From the NCBI RefSeq assembly GCF_009914755.1, contig NC_060931.1: DNA of 64,000 nt. One strand, written 5' to 3'. This stretch comes from the human T2T-CHM13v2.0 reference genome, Homo sapiens. Every line of letters starts with the position of its first letter. Within the stretch, counting starts at the first letter, position 1. Below, one piece after another: positions 27,936 to 41,381 of the stretch. Under the pieces are notes generated by a model. That model did no database searches and had not been told where the DNA came from. It was given only the letters and a program-made list of their open reading frames with translations. The translations under genes were made by a program, and so were the position numbers.

Positions 27936-30734
27936 GTCACTGCATGTTAACTATACTTTTTAAACCCATGGAATTTGAGAACTTTTCTCAGTGTAGCAGT
28001 GATGTGGTAGCCAGTTTTGTTCTCAGATTAGTGTTTTACTTCCTTAAACTACATTAATAAGCCTCTCCAGAAAGTCCATTTCAAAGACATTTATCTATAG
28101 ACTCAGTGAGGAAGAATGAGAAGATTTCGTAGAAATGTCATAACCAGAAGATGGTCTTCCAAAAAGTTTCGAACTGTAACCATGTTTCAGAAATTGTAAC
28201 TTGACAAGAACTTGATTCTTCGAAGACTAGATATTTTTTTTTTCTGTCTACTCATAAACCACATAGGAACTCTTTCGTTCTTCCTGGGTGTCATCTGGAA
28301 GGAACTGAAAGAAGCAAGAAACCGTCATCTGTGTTTCTTGCGGGAAAGCACATTAAAGCAGCGGGAAGAAGGGGAGTGGGCGCACAGCCTCCCTGGCTGG
28401 GCCCTAGTGACCGACTTCTCCCGAGTCAGCTTTGCTCCCAAGGCCAGGGGGGCTGCCGTCCCCCAGAGGCTGCTGAGGAGAGCCCTCGGAGATGCAGTGC
28501 AGAAGCCTCTCCCTGACGCTGCTGATTTGGGGGTAGGCATGGAAATGTAGAGAGTACCGCTCAGAGAAGAATCTGCCCTTTGCAGAGCGGATCTCAGCCC
28601 ACCATGGAGGCCCTGTGAACTCGGTGGAAGGTGGGATCATCTCGGCGTCTGACTGACTGATTCTGCTTCTGCTTCTAAGATAAAGTGGATCACCGAGAAG
28701 ACAGCCCCTTTACGTCTGGTTCTGACTGCAGGAAGGCCTGGTTGGTGAAGTAGAAAATGTTGGAATCTTGAGTGAGCAGCTGAGTTGTTTTGAAGTTTGG
28801 ACAATTGAGAAAGAAAACACTAAGCAGTGTCAGACACGGATTCCAGAAAAGCCCACGTCACAGGCTTAAAGAACAGATGTGTGTGGGCACATGATGGGAA
28901 GCCACAACGGAAAAGCTAGTTAACTGGAGGCTCTCCCACAGGGTTCTGAGAACACGGTTGTTAATCATTCCAAAAGGAGGAGGAGGATTGAAGAGACCTG
29001 TGTGAGAACACAGAGCTTGTCTGTGCTTTAGAGGAGAAGCATGCGTAAGACAGGGAAGATGGGACAACCAGGAGTGAAAAGGGAAAAGGAGAGGTCAGGA
29101 GACGTTTTAAAATTAAACCAGAGCAAAAGGAGCAACGCGCCCGGGATGTGCAGGAGAGCCCAAACGTTGAAATTCAGGGGAAGTGCCAGAATTGGTGTCC
29201 AGGAAGACCCAGCATGTTATGATAATAGATGAAAACTTGAAATGGGGCAGAAAACTCGGTGCGGGCTGGAGTTGCCCAGAGCACTGTTGTGAACCTTTCT
29301 TTACCACTCAGCCCACCGCTGGAATCGTGTGCAGGCTTCAGGCGCCCTATTTCCAACAGGAGGTTGGTCACACAATGACCTGTGTGTAGAGGGGAGCCCC
29401 ATGGGCCAGTCCTGCACACCGTTCCATACAGAAATGCTTAGCAGGCTCACTGAGGCTCTGCAGGGGCTCTCGGCCCTTCCTGCCAGGGAGTGCCTCCCCC
29501 ACCCGCTCTAGTGTCAGACTCTGCTCTAGGGTGGGGCTCAAGAATTTACATCTCTCATGATTTATAAATTGGGCCTATTTTAAGCAGTTTGACTTGTGTT
29601 TAAAAGCAGCTGATACCTTTTTTTTTTTTTTTTTTTCCTTTAAGTGATTCCTTAAGGTGCTAGAATTGTTGGCCAGAGGGAGAAAAAGAGCTTGGTGTTT
29701 AGGATTGCAGAATCAGTTGTAATCCTGTAACATTTTAGTTATCTTTATACATGCATGCACACACACAACCACAGCCATGCACAGACATGTACACACATGC
29801 ACAGACTCTTCCTCAAAAGAGGAAGAACTTTTCATGGGGAAAAGAGGCGGGTTCTGAACAACATGGAAGCTTTTCGCTGCCAGGTGGCATGGTTGTTGAT
29901 TCGATCTTACGGTTCTGGATGGGATTGCTGGGTACACATGTGTGAAGCTGCCAGCTGAAGTGTATTCTTTTAACTTGCATTTGCTACTTATTTAGTAGCC
30001 CAGTGAGATTTCCTCAGAAGTTGTCTGAAGATGTCTCTGAAAAATGAAAAGCCAATCAGGGTGAGAGCTGGTGTGCCAGGCTTTCCCCTCTCCCTGCCAG
30101 TACGTTATGTGGGGGCTGGGGGTGAAGAAGGAGGTCCTTACATAGGTCAGTATGTAGACTTGAGACAAATTCTAACTTGTGGTTTGTTCTGGGTGAAGAA
30201 AAGTTTTAACTCTATGATAGCGTGTTGCTCAGGTGTGTAGACGTGTATATTTTCACAGTGGAAGCTGGCGACCATGTCTTTAAGCTTTCACTGGAAAGTT
30301 TCTTTTCCTCTGCTCCTAATAAATCACGAATACTTGTCATTTTGGTAGGTCAAAAATGGTTGAATATTGACAATTTCTACAATTTTGTATCTAGAAAACA
30401 GGGTTTATTTCTGAAAGAAGGTACAAAAATGTAAGGAGAGAGGGTAGACAGGAAGCAAATTTTAGGGCAGCACGCTTGTTCATTATGTTGAGTGACTGAA
30501 AACCAAGGCATTCCTCTGATTGAAGAATCTCACTGGAAGTTAATGCTTTCTTCACGGATAGCTTCTCAATCAAATCGAGGTTTTTAAGCTACGTAGATTA
30601 CAAGTAAAACCTGATACCAAATATTGTATGATTGGCAGCCTGATACCCTCATTTCACATTGTGAAATTGCCCAAAGGAAATAAAGTCACCACATATATCT
30701 AGAAATGTTATTTCCCAAAAGAACTGCATGATAT

Positions 30735-30960
30735 TTTCTTTTTTCTTATTTTATTTTATTTTTTATTTTTGGGAGACAGAGTCTCGCTCTGTCACCCAGG
30801 CTGGAGTGCAGTGGTATGATCCTGTGATCATGATTCACTGCAACCTCCACCTGCTGGGCTCAAGGGATCCTTCCGCCTCAGCCTTCTGAGTACCTAGGAC
30901 TAGAGGTGTACACCACTGGGCCTGGCTAATTTTTGATTTTTTTTTGTGGAGACAGGCCCT
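30735..30960 (-). mobile_element. Partial AluJ
   Basis: (TTTTA)n tail followed by a diverged right monomer and linker. Confidence 0.8.
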
Positions 30961-31278
30961 CACTTGAGTATAGTACTTCCAAAATCCAGATTCTATCTGT
31001 GAATTGCAGAATGTTGATCATTGTTTTATGATATATGAAATTTTCCTTATCCATTCTTAATGAAGGAATTTTTATATTTTTAGACAAGATAAGTTTAGAG
31101 AAGGTCCATTATTGTAGTTCTCACAGTAAGCTCTGCTGCAGTATTGGCAGCTGTTGTGTGAAACTGTTTCAGTCACTTTTGAGTGTTGTTTAAACCCCCC
31201 AGGATCCTGGAGCACTGAGCATGCTGGTGCTGTTGCCGGAAGAACGGAGAGAACCCCGGAGGCACGGCTGCAGCAGCT

Positions 31279-31334
31279 CTAACCTAGGTTAGGGTTAGGG
31301 TTTAGGTTCGGGTTAGGTTAGGGTTAGGGTTAGG
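31279..31334 (+). repeat. Short interstitial telomeric sequence, ~8 degenerate TTAGGG units
   Basis: ctaacctaggttagggttagggtttaggttcgggttaggttagggttagggttagg read directly. Confidence 0.9.
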
Positions 31335-32307
31335 CTGGGATGGACAAGTGACACTCACTCCACACAGCCCCTTACCTGGGAACAGAACAGATAGGATTTT
31401 CTCTTTGGAAGTTGCTCTATTGTTTCAGTGACTGAGTATCATTCACAGGCTAATACACAAAAGGGGTGCATGCTGAAATATGAGTCTGGCAGATTGGGAG
31501 AGAAAACAGGTCTCTGTCAAGAAATACAGGCGGAATTTCAAAGTCCAGAAAGCCATATTGCAAGCCATATTGCTGAGAATGTATCCAGGAGACCACGTTG
31601 TGGGGCTTTACTTTTCCTGTTAACTTAATGACAAGTGAAACTATCAAATTTCTTTTGTATTCATTTTTTATTTCAGAAAGAAGGGAGAAAGTCTGATATT
31701 TTACTGAACTTGTTTCAGAAAAAAACAGACCAATTCCGTTACTGCCTAGTGGGCTGCCTCATTGCTGGCCTGTCTCAGTGATGTCCCTAGACCAGGGCCG
31801 ATGCTTCTGGGGTAGCCTGTGCGCAGGCCTTCTTGATGCCCTTGAATTTGGAGACTTGAACCTTTGTATTTCTGTGTAAACGCTGTTGTAGAAGCACTGG
31901 AAGACACCTTTTTCGGGAGTGTTTGAGTATTCTTTTAGAGCTCTGCTAGTCTTGTTTACTGATAGACATTCTATAGTTATTAAAATGGAGAGCAGTTATT
32001 TCATATACAGTGTAACTTTTTAAAACACTTTCCAAGTCACTGATGTTTTTTAGCTGTTTGCTTCCATTGTAGCTCTTTGACATGCTTTAAAATGAAATGG
32101 CCACATGTGCCTCAGTATTTTCAAGGGATCATGTGCTGGTAGTTAGTTATTTTCTCTAGCTATTCTGTTTCACTGAACAGAAGCTCAGACACAGCAAATA
32201 GTTTCTGGCCACCAAAAGTGCCTGCTGAATGCAGTCCTTCAGGACAGTGTTTGCTGGTGCCCATGCCAGGACCTGCCCAGGGACACCTGTTCTTAGAAGA
32301 ATCGGGC

Positions 32308-32622
<315 letters not shown>

Positions 32623-33581
32623 TCAGGGGCTCCTGTGCGTGCTCCAGACAGCAGGTACTAAGTTGACTGTGTCCTGAGGTAATTGAGAAGAACCAGACTC
32701 TAGAGCTTTGAGTTGCTTGAGAGTTCACAGAGCGCCACTGAACAGATCCACAGATGGCTGTGCTCTCCTCCTGCCTGCCCCTCCCAGCTCTAGATCCTAA
32801 AGGCTTAAGAAAGCAGAAAGCAGCTCCCCCTCTTCCTCAGGCAGCAGATTTGAGGACTAGATGTAAGTTTCGCTTTGCAAACACTTCCTCTGTAAATCTT
32901 TACTGGATTCATCATTTCTTTTGGCCAATCTTCATAAATTCATTTCTTTTTCACTGGCATTGTTTTAGGCCAGTGGGTGGCGACTTCATTTCAGATACCA
33001 CTGTTTAAGACTGGTGTTCACAAACTCTTAAAGTACAAAATGTGACCACGTTATGCTGATGTCTGCCCCAGGCACCACTGCCCTCACCATGGCCCAGCCA
33101 GATGCACAGAGATGGTAGACTAGGGGCCATTGCCTACTGTGGGCTGTGGGGCCCCCATACTAAACAGTTTCCTCTGGTGTGATGAGTCCTGTTCTTAAAA
33201 AATTCATGGGGGTCCCTATTAAAAATCACCTGATAAGAAGGCGTGAGAAGAGGAGATGTCTCTATCCAAGGGTACCTGCTACCCGGTCTCCCAGAGCAGG
33301 TTGGGGCAGCTGATGGGGCCAGATGATGGGAGGCCTTAACACTAGGCTTGGAAGATGTAACTGTTGCTGTTGGGAATGATTTAGTAAAGCACTGTTTTGG
33401 AGTAGATTATCTAGATAAGTAAGACAAATTGCCAGGGAGCTAGAAAGGAAAATCAATTAGTGTGTTCCAAATGTCCGCCTGGACTCATTTTGTGTTAAAA
33501 CTAATAATGCTTAAATATATATATTCATATTTTTTATTGTCATTTACAACTGATCTTAAAGTGTTTGTTTTCTTCCTCTAG

Positions 33582-33670
33582 AGTTTACAGATGCTTCCTC
33601 AGCAACGGAAAGCCATAGCTAAGTTCAAGGAGCCAGCCCACGCATTAGCATTTCAGCAGAAATTCCACAG
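33582..33670 (+). CDS. RBM33: RBM33 penultimate coding exon (SLQMLPQQRKAIAKFKEPAHALAFQQKFH-R), RRM core
   Basis: tttgttttcttcctctag acceptor, GTGACC donor at 33671, 89 nt phase 0/2. KAIAKF is RNP1-like. Too short to appear in the ORF track. Confidence 0.92.
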
Positions 33671-34015
33671 GTGACCAGTGTGTTCTGTGCTTGTGGTGAT
33701 AAGGGGGCGGGAGCAAGGCCCTCCTTCCTGTGCCCTCCCATCCATCATGGTAGCAAGCGTGTGTCCCCACCTGTTCCTGTAGAAGGACACTAGGGCACAA
33801 AGCGCAGACGGTGATCCTGTCATGAGGCGCGCGTCCTTTTGTCTGGTGGAGAATTGCCCCTTGTGTTTTAATAGATCTTCCCGGGGAATCTGCCTTTTTA
33901 TATGATGCGTTTTTATTAAACAGGACCCACCGGGCTCTTTTAGTTTCCTCCCACCTTGGTAGGTTGATTGCCGATGTGCAGGGTTAGTGTCGATCGTTTC
34001 TTTAAATTTTCACAG

Positions 34016-34064
34016 GCATATGATAGATTTGTCCCACATAAATGTGGCCCTGATCGTGGAGTGA
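34016..34064 (+). CDS. RBM33: RBM33 terminal coding segment (R-HMIDLSHINVALIVE-stop)
   Basis: tttctttaaattttcacag acceptor; completes the phase-2 Arg codon; TGA at 34062-34064. Confidence 0.92.
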
Positions 34065-36184
34065 GTCCTAACAAGAGAGCCTGACCTTAGGCTGTACACA
34101 CACTGTGGAATTTCTTCAAGGGAGCTGCCGGCCGGCGCAGAACCCCCAGGAGCACAGGTCTCTCCGGGCCGCTGTCCTGCGTAACTGTTCTCCAGAGCGC
34201 CAGCCAGCCACGGGCCTGATTCCAGAGGAGCCGAACTGACAGGACACAGCAGGCTGGAGTTGGTGTTAGATTGCTTCACATTCTCTTGTCACCACCAAGA
34301 ACTCCAAGTTTTTCGTTTTGTTTTGTTTTCAAAGTGCTTACAATGCATGTAGACATTGTTCTTTGTGGTCTGACTCTATGATCGATCACAGTGACTTAGA
34401 TTCAGGAAAGAACATTAACGTCACAAGTTCTAAGTAGTTTTCACAGCAAAGAATATTTGATAATGGTTGCACTTATCTTCAGTGCAGGTTAGAAGAGTCT
34501 TCTCAACCAAGCTTAACTCGAGTTGTCTTCTCAGCCCTCAAAAGGCTCTTGTACAAAATGTAGATTAAAATTTGGGTGATTGTTGATTGACCTTTGCATA
34601 CCCTGGAAAGCCAGGGTGTGAGTGGGGTGGTTGGGAGTGGTGCCAGTTGAACAGCAGATTCTGCTTCTTGTCACTGTTTCAAAAGCGTCAACTCTGTGTT
34701 CCTAGTTTCGATGAACTCCCCATTCATTTTTAACACACTTCCCAGATAAGGCAATGTGCTGGACAGGCACACGGCATGGCCCTCGGCTAGAGCAGGGTCT
34801 GTGATGGCCTCACCTGGCAGCCCTCTGGCCTAGTTCCCACCACACATGAGGTGGTGGAATGGCCTGAAGGTGGAACAGACCTGTTTTTTTCCTTTTTAAA
34901 TGCAGTAAGGTGGCCTGTTTATCACTGGCTCTGTGATACATGACATTCTTTGGGAATTTGGTGGCCACTGCTTCAGTCACCTCTGTTTTTCTGAAGGCTG
35001 TTCCAGCAGGGCTGCCCTGTTCATCAGCGGATGTTCACTCTGGCCTGCCGTTCCCCGTGGCATGCGGGGTGAGGGTGGCTTTCTTCCAGCCCCAAATGAG
35101 ACGAGTCTGTGTCATCATTGAAACTGCTTTTCGTAATTGCGGGTAGGTTCCTGTAGGTGAGACATATTCTCCATAAAGCTACTGTAGTAGAATTCATTCT
35201 GGGCAAACACTGAAAAAAGTGCCTTACAGTATTTCTGCTCATGAAAGAGTTTCACTATTTTGGATATATTCTAAAGTGGACCTGAGCTATTTGAGCAAAT
35301 AATGATAGGGCATACTCAGACATTTTAGCTACCTTTTATACCTACGATTTCATGTCACATTTACTAATAGAATTAAGGGAAATAGAAGCCCGTTCTTTCT
35401 TACTGCCCCTGGAGGGAGCATGGCGCTAGGGCTCTCAGCCTCCTAGAAGGAAGGGACTAAGGAGACGGGCACAGACTTGCGTCATCTCGTTTCCACAGTT
35501 GACGTTTTATATTACTTTCTCAAATTAAGTTACCAAAACAAACTGAAGAGCTGAAGCAGGTCTTCCAGACCCTGCGATCCTTTCTGTAGCAGTGATTCTA
35601 AAGTGGCGTTTGCTGTGTGCTTGAGAGTAACACTGCACGCTGCAGGGGCTGTTGCAGCAGTCAGTCCCAGGAAGCCACAGCGCTTGTAGGATCTGCTAGG
35701 ACCCTGCAGCTGTGCTGCCGCCACCTCTGCTCCAGAGTGTCCCAGCCAACCCTCGGAAGATGGGATTGCCAGTCAGCCCTGCCTCACCATGCCTGCAGGA
35801 GGCTGTCCAGGGAGCAGGTCTGTGTGCCCATCAGCAGGTTCCCATGGCTGTCACTGCCCACTCATTTCCACAGTTAGATACGGATGTGTTGATGTATTTC
35901 GTCTAGTTTATTTGGCTCAGTCCACAGCTGCGTTGGAGTGGTGACTTTGGTAGCCCTTGAGCTCTAATTAAGAGAGATCCAAACCACTCAGTACCCACTG
36001 GGCAGTGGGAAGGCCTACCGACTTACTTTATCATTGAGGGCTTACTGATACAATGAAATGAGTTTCATGACTTTTTTTTTTTTTAAACACTTTTTGAAAT
36101 AGAGTGTGCTGTGTTTAAAACCAAAAATATGCATGTTGTCTCTGAAAAGTAGGCATTGAAACAGACTTTTTTGTAGTCAGTGTT

Positions 36185-36190
36185 AATAAA
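36185..36190 (+). terminator. Candidate proximal poly(A) signal of RBM33
   Basis: AATAAA with upstream TGTA/U-rich sequence and downstream GT-rich sequence. Confidence 0.5.
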
Positions 36191-39100
36191 ACGGATCCTG
36201 TTTGGGCCTTCATTGTTAAGGTGGACTTCATGGCCACTGGAAGGTCTGTTTTGGTGTTACCTGAGTGTGACACAGGCCCTGGGGTGTGCGTGTTTCTCTA
36301 ACTGTCTACACGTGCACATAGGCAGACTTTCTCATAGAATGTTCTTGAAAGGTGATTGGCAAAGTCATGCAGGCCCGCCTTAAAGCGCTGATTAGAACAG
36401 TCCAACACAGTCCGACCTCACTCAATACCCACAACCATCGAAAATGGATTCTTAGTACCAGACAATCCCAGTAATGAAGGTTTAGTTTCCTTGAAGGAAA
36501 CTACAGAAAAGGAAAGAAGCAGAATGAGAAAGGAATGGTACTTAGGTGTTTGGTATGCTGCTCACGTGAAGTCAGCCCACACCAGCCAAACCCTCGTGGA
36601 AGATCTGCTGCAACCATTATCTTTGTTCTTGAGTTCATCATGCATTTAAAATGAGATGCAAGAGCATTTAGCATACCATGTAAATATGGACCTTTTAAAA
36701 TTAAAATACTATTGGAAGTGCTTTCAACTCAGCCACATCTTAGCTATTAGTTCTTTGTGTTGTCTTATCAAAGTTTAATGGATACAGTTCCACAGTTGTT
36801 GATGTGTTTGTGTGTATATTCGATTTTTATAAAGATGGTAGTAAGTCAATACATTTATCCTGATCTGTGTATTATTTGTTCACAAATTCAAGAAGCTTAA
36901 AGGTCGTAAATATCAGTATCTCATAAGGTAAACCAATAGCTGATTATGTGGAGCCAAGTTACTTCTTTTCTTTTTGCATTATCTTGTTTTGGTTTTGTGC
37001 TGTAATAGAAGTTCACTTAGCTACTTTAGATAACCTTGCATTACCACTGGTCTGGCCACGTTTGTTAAATCCTTATACTGATATTCTTCTAAAGAGTAAA
37101 TCTCATCATTTTTCCAGACAAATTTTGAGGGGTTTCTCTGTTTTGTGGACAGGCAGCAGCCTCCGTAGGCACCCGCACCCTGCCTTGCTGGAGGAGATGG
37201 GATGGGGCGGGAGGTGGCTTCACCATAACTATTTTTAATATGGGTCATTCTTAGCATGATTTGTAAAGGTCTCAGGCAAACAGTTGTTGAAGCTTGCTTC
37301 TGTGGCATTTCTGAATTGTGGCAGAGCTTAGATCCTGCACCCAGGGGTCTTTTTTTCAAACAGCATCTTGCTCAGTTCTGTGAACAGAAGGCTTTGTTAC
37401 TGAAGGAGGTGGAAGAGGAGTTTAGGGTGAAAAGGAGGAAGGGATGGACAGACCCAGGTGAGGAGAGGCCTGGGGATTGGGGAAGCTGTCATCTCAGTGT
37501 TAATAATCAACTTGCTTCTAACACACTGGCTTATCAGGGGAGGTCATCCAGTCCGGTCGGTGGAGTTGAGAGCCCTTGGGCCAGGGTGTTTGGCGGCACA
37601 GGGGCATCCGCTGGATGGCCTGGAGGAGTGGGGGAGGGGAACGTCTTCACTGGGTGGTGATCAGCTGGGACAGTTCAGGTAGGGCAGGTGAGGGACCCCC
37701 GAGGCCCTGGAGCCTTGTCCTGGGATGGGTTTGAAGAACTCATCACTCATCACTTGTTTTCTTTTGGCTTTTGTTGTTTTTGTTTTGTTCTGTTTGTTTT
37801 GTTTTGTATTTCTTTGTTATTTTATTGGGAAGGTAAGCGGAATGTGCTCATAGACCATCAGACGCTTGTCGAAGGCAGGTCCTAGTCATGTAATTGCACA
37901 GGACAAGGAGGTCAGCGTGTGTGATGGCAGCGTGCTGTGCCGGCACATCGTGGAGTCCTAGAAACTCTCTAGTCCCTGCGGCTGTTCCCCTCCTCTGCTC
38001 TCTCCCTGGAGAGGACTGCCAGCTCTTAAGAAACATTCCTGGTGCGGTGTCTGCAGTGCCCTTTGTGGGTGACTTCAGGCTTCCCGCTTTCGTGGTGCTC
38101 TTCCTGGGATTCGTTTTTTTATTACCCTCCCTCCCTACTTGTAGGCCTCAGCTATGGCTTGACGTAATCGCTTTTAGACCCAGGTTGGCTTCCCTTCATT
38201 AAGCTATGATCCTCCACCCCATTTTTTTTTTTTTTAATTTGGAGTGGGAGGGAGGGGGGTGGGCGAGAGAAAGCTCGAAAGGTATTATTGGTTTTTCAAA
38301 AAATTAGAGGTGACGATTCTACCAGGGAGTTGACTGATAGGAGTGTGTGCAGGGCAGGAAAGGTTCGGAGGCACCCGACTACCACCACTCGGAAAGCCGC
38401 TAGTCCAGATCGACTAGGGAGAGGCTTAGATACTTTAGTGTATTTAAAGAGCATTTCAGTTAACTTTTTCAGCTATTTTTAAAGTTTGTGAATGGAGTGT
38501 TATTTTGGACATTCTTAAATATGAATTCTCCAAAGGCATTTAGCCTTGACTTAATATTAAATCCTAAGGATTTTATGTAAGGTTTTTTTGCAACCTATTT
38601 AATTTTTTTTAAATGCCTAACTTCTGAGGTGCATAAGCCCGTGGTTTGTGTACTGGAACTAAAGCGGAACTCACTGATTCATATTGGATCCCCAGGTATA
38701 CCTTCTGCTGGTAGCATATGGCTGGAAAAGGCCGTTTGCCTCACACATTGTAACCTGCCTTGGCTAGAAAATGCTTTTAATGTCTCAACTCTCTCTTTTC
38801 TGTGTCATGTTTTGGTAGGAAATCTTTAAGATTGGCGGACGGAACAGGTATTTTAGTGAGACACTTCTGAGTACTTGCTTTTTCCTTTGACTTCTAACCA
38901 ACTAAAAGAGAAGGAGGTCTTCATGTTGATATTTTGCTTGGTTTTATTTTACTGATTTTAAAAGGTATATAGAAAAATGTAGGCCTTTAAAAAGAAACAG
39001 CATGTAGTTTTTTATTTTAATATGTTCCATAGAGTGGATAGGCAGACAGGTACTATTGTAATGTATTCTGTATTTAATAATTTAATATACTCTAGAAAGT

Positions 39101-40493
39101 AGACCTCATGCATTCTTTTAGCATGATTTTCTTTTAAACTGCTTTTCATTTTAAGGGCACCCGTGGCGGAAGCTGGTTTTGCAAGGACTGTGTAAGCTGT
39201 ATGCGTTCTAGCTGTATGCGTTCTGTAGTCTTTTCTTAGGTGGGTAACATTTTCAATAACGCGCGCACAGCACACAGGGGTGCCCTGAGCCGAAGGAGCA
39301 AAAAAAGCCACCGCTCGTTTCTATAATCCAGCTTTGCTTTTCACAGGCGTGGGATCCAGGATGGTGTCCTCTGTGAGGACTTGAACTCTGGGGCTTTAAT
39401 TCCACTGTTTAATTTTCAGGTACCACAGCAGCAAAGCACAGAGTGTGACCTTTTTCATGTCTGAGCTGATTCTGTTTGCTCCACGTGCCTGCTTCTTGCT
39501 ACTGTTCATTTAGTAATGGGATCACCTCACCATGCCATGCTCTGGGCTCTCCCTCTCTGTCCATTTCTGTTTTGCTTTCCTGGCTAAACCCATCTACCAT
39601 TCTTAACACTGGTAGCTCCTGTCCCATTCCAAGACTCACTCTCTCAGACCTTCCCATCTCCCTGGCTTTCCATGCTCCTCTCCCTCCACCTCCTGGCTTC
39701 AACTGGGTGAGGGCCGTATTCCTGCCACTCTGCTCCGCCTCAGCCTTGAGAACTCCACGTGGGCTGGGTGGGAAGGTGCTGACGATTTTCACACTGTGTT
39801 TACCACTCCATCACCTCTCCATCACCTCTCAACCTTTGCTTCGACAGGTCTTCACTCACGATTTATTCCTCCAGGTCTTTGATTGGAGAGAGTAACTTTT
39901 TAATTCTGTTGTTTTGCAGTTTGGCTCTGTAGGAGTGAGTGGCGATTCAAAGATGCCGGCGTCCCGCAGTGTGCGGTTCGTGCCCTTAACCACCCGCTTC
40001 TTTGTTTCCCGCCCCTCTGCTTTCGCAGGAGCTCTTGTGCTTGAGTTCAGTGTTAGTGGTAGCGTGGCTCACTCCACTTGGAGGTGGCGGCCGTCTGACC
40101 GTGTGTTACTGCTTTGCCGACGGGGCCTCCCGGCCCTGATGCGTGTACACTCTGCGGGCTGCACCGGGTGGCTCTGGTTGGGGGCGAAGCTGTGTTGACT
40201 GGGAGAGCGTTGGAAATTGAGACATGGAGAGATGACGGGAGTGCGTTTCTCTGGGTTTGATCTCCATCCTGTTTTCTCCCAGACACACCACACCTACCTT
40301 GGGGGAATGCCGTTGCCTGTTCCACCCCTTTGTTCACTTCGCGTTAACTGCTGTGGTAACTTTTTCAGGATCTGTGTGAAGAATGGTAATGACGTAGTTG
40401 AAAGGAAAATGTACTGTTGTGTGTTTCATTTGTGTGATTTCGTACCAAAAAAATGTGTTTGAACTATATTGTATGTAATTTGGAAGTCGTGTT

Positions 40494-40499
40494 AATAAA
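40494..40499 (+). terminator. Distal poly(A) signal of RBM33
   Basis: AATAAA preceded by several TGTA (CFIm) motifs (tgtactg, tgtatgta) and followed by T/GT-rich sequence. Confidence 0.78.
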
Positions 40500-41182
40500 A
40501 CCCTGCAGTTTCCACTCTGGTTCCGTAGCCTTCATTTTGTCTGGGCGCTCAGGTCGGGCCACAGCTCATCTTACCTGTGTGTCCGAGACGGTGCTTCCGC
40601 ACCTCTGTAAGGGGCCGGGGTCGGGGGCTGCCCTCACGCTCCCCAGATTGGCCGCTGGGTTGCAGCCCGCGGCTTTCACGCAGCTCTCTCATTAGTGGGC
40701 CACGAAGGTCAAGGGCAGCCGCCGCCTCCTTGCCTGCATTCTGGGCGCTGCATGACTCCGAACTGACCAGGCAGACGGCATCAAAGTATGCTCCTTTTGG
40801 TTGGGGGTGGGGGAGTTAGTCTTTTTAATTTTTTAAAGCATTATAGATAATTTTTACAAGTTTTCTTCAGAAGAGACTTGTATTCCAGCATGGCAATAAG
40901 AGACTGAAGGTGGGGAAGCTCAGTCTCCAGTGACGCCGTTCTTCCAAGGTGGCGTGTTCTTGCCGTGTGCAGGCCTCGCTGGAGGTTGGGATCACAGTGC
41001 ATATGCCATCATGTATATTTTCCATTTCATGTATCCCACGTGTTTTTCATGTTGTTAGAAATTGCTCATAATTTATGGTCTATTTTGAAAATGAAGTCTT
41101 TAAAAAGAAGGCAGCTCTGTTTCCAGAAACTACTGTCCAAAACATTCAAGAAGATAACCCCCATCACACCCCCTGCTGTGCC

Positions 41183-41368
41183 CTGTGATGGGCCGGCTTC
41201 CCCTCTCACCCGGATGCTGGTGTTGGTGTCTGTGCTGGGGTTCGGGGGTCGCTGGTGACCAGCTCCAGCCTGCCTGTGTACTGTGATGGGCCGGCTTCCC
41301 CTCTCACCCGGATGCTGGTGTTGGTGTCTGTGCTGGGGTTCGGGAGGCGCTGGTGACCAGCTCCAGCC
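41183..41368 (+). repeat. Two-copy tandem duplication, period 98 bp
   Basis: 41183-41270 and 41281-41368 differ at only 2 positions. Confidence 0.92.
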
Positions 41369-41381
41369 CACTCTCCACCTG

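Larger units (their letters stand above)
34065..40520 (+). other. RBM33: RBM33 long 3' UTR (~6.4 kb)
   Basis: Alu-free stretch after the stop codon, with U/GU-rich blocks, ending at AATAAA 40494 preceded by TGTA elements. The end coordinate is approximate. Confidence 0.75.
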
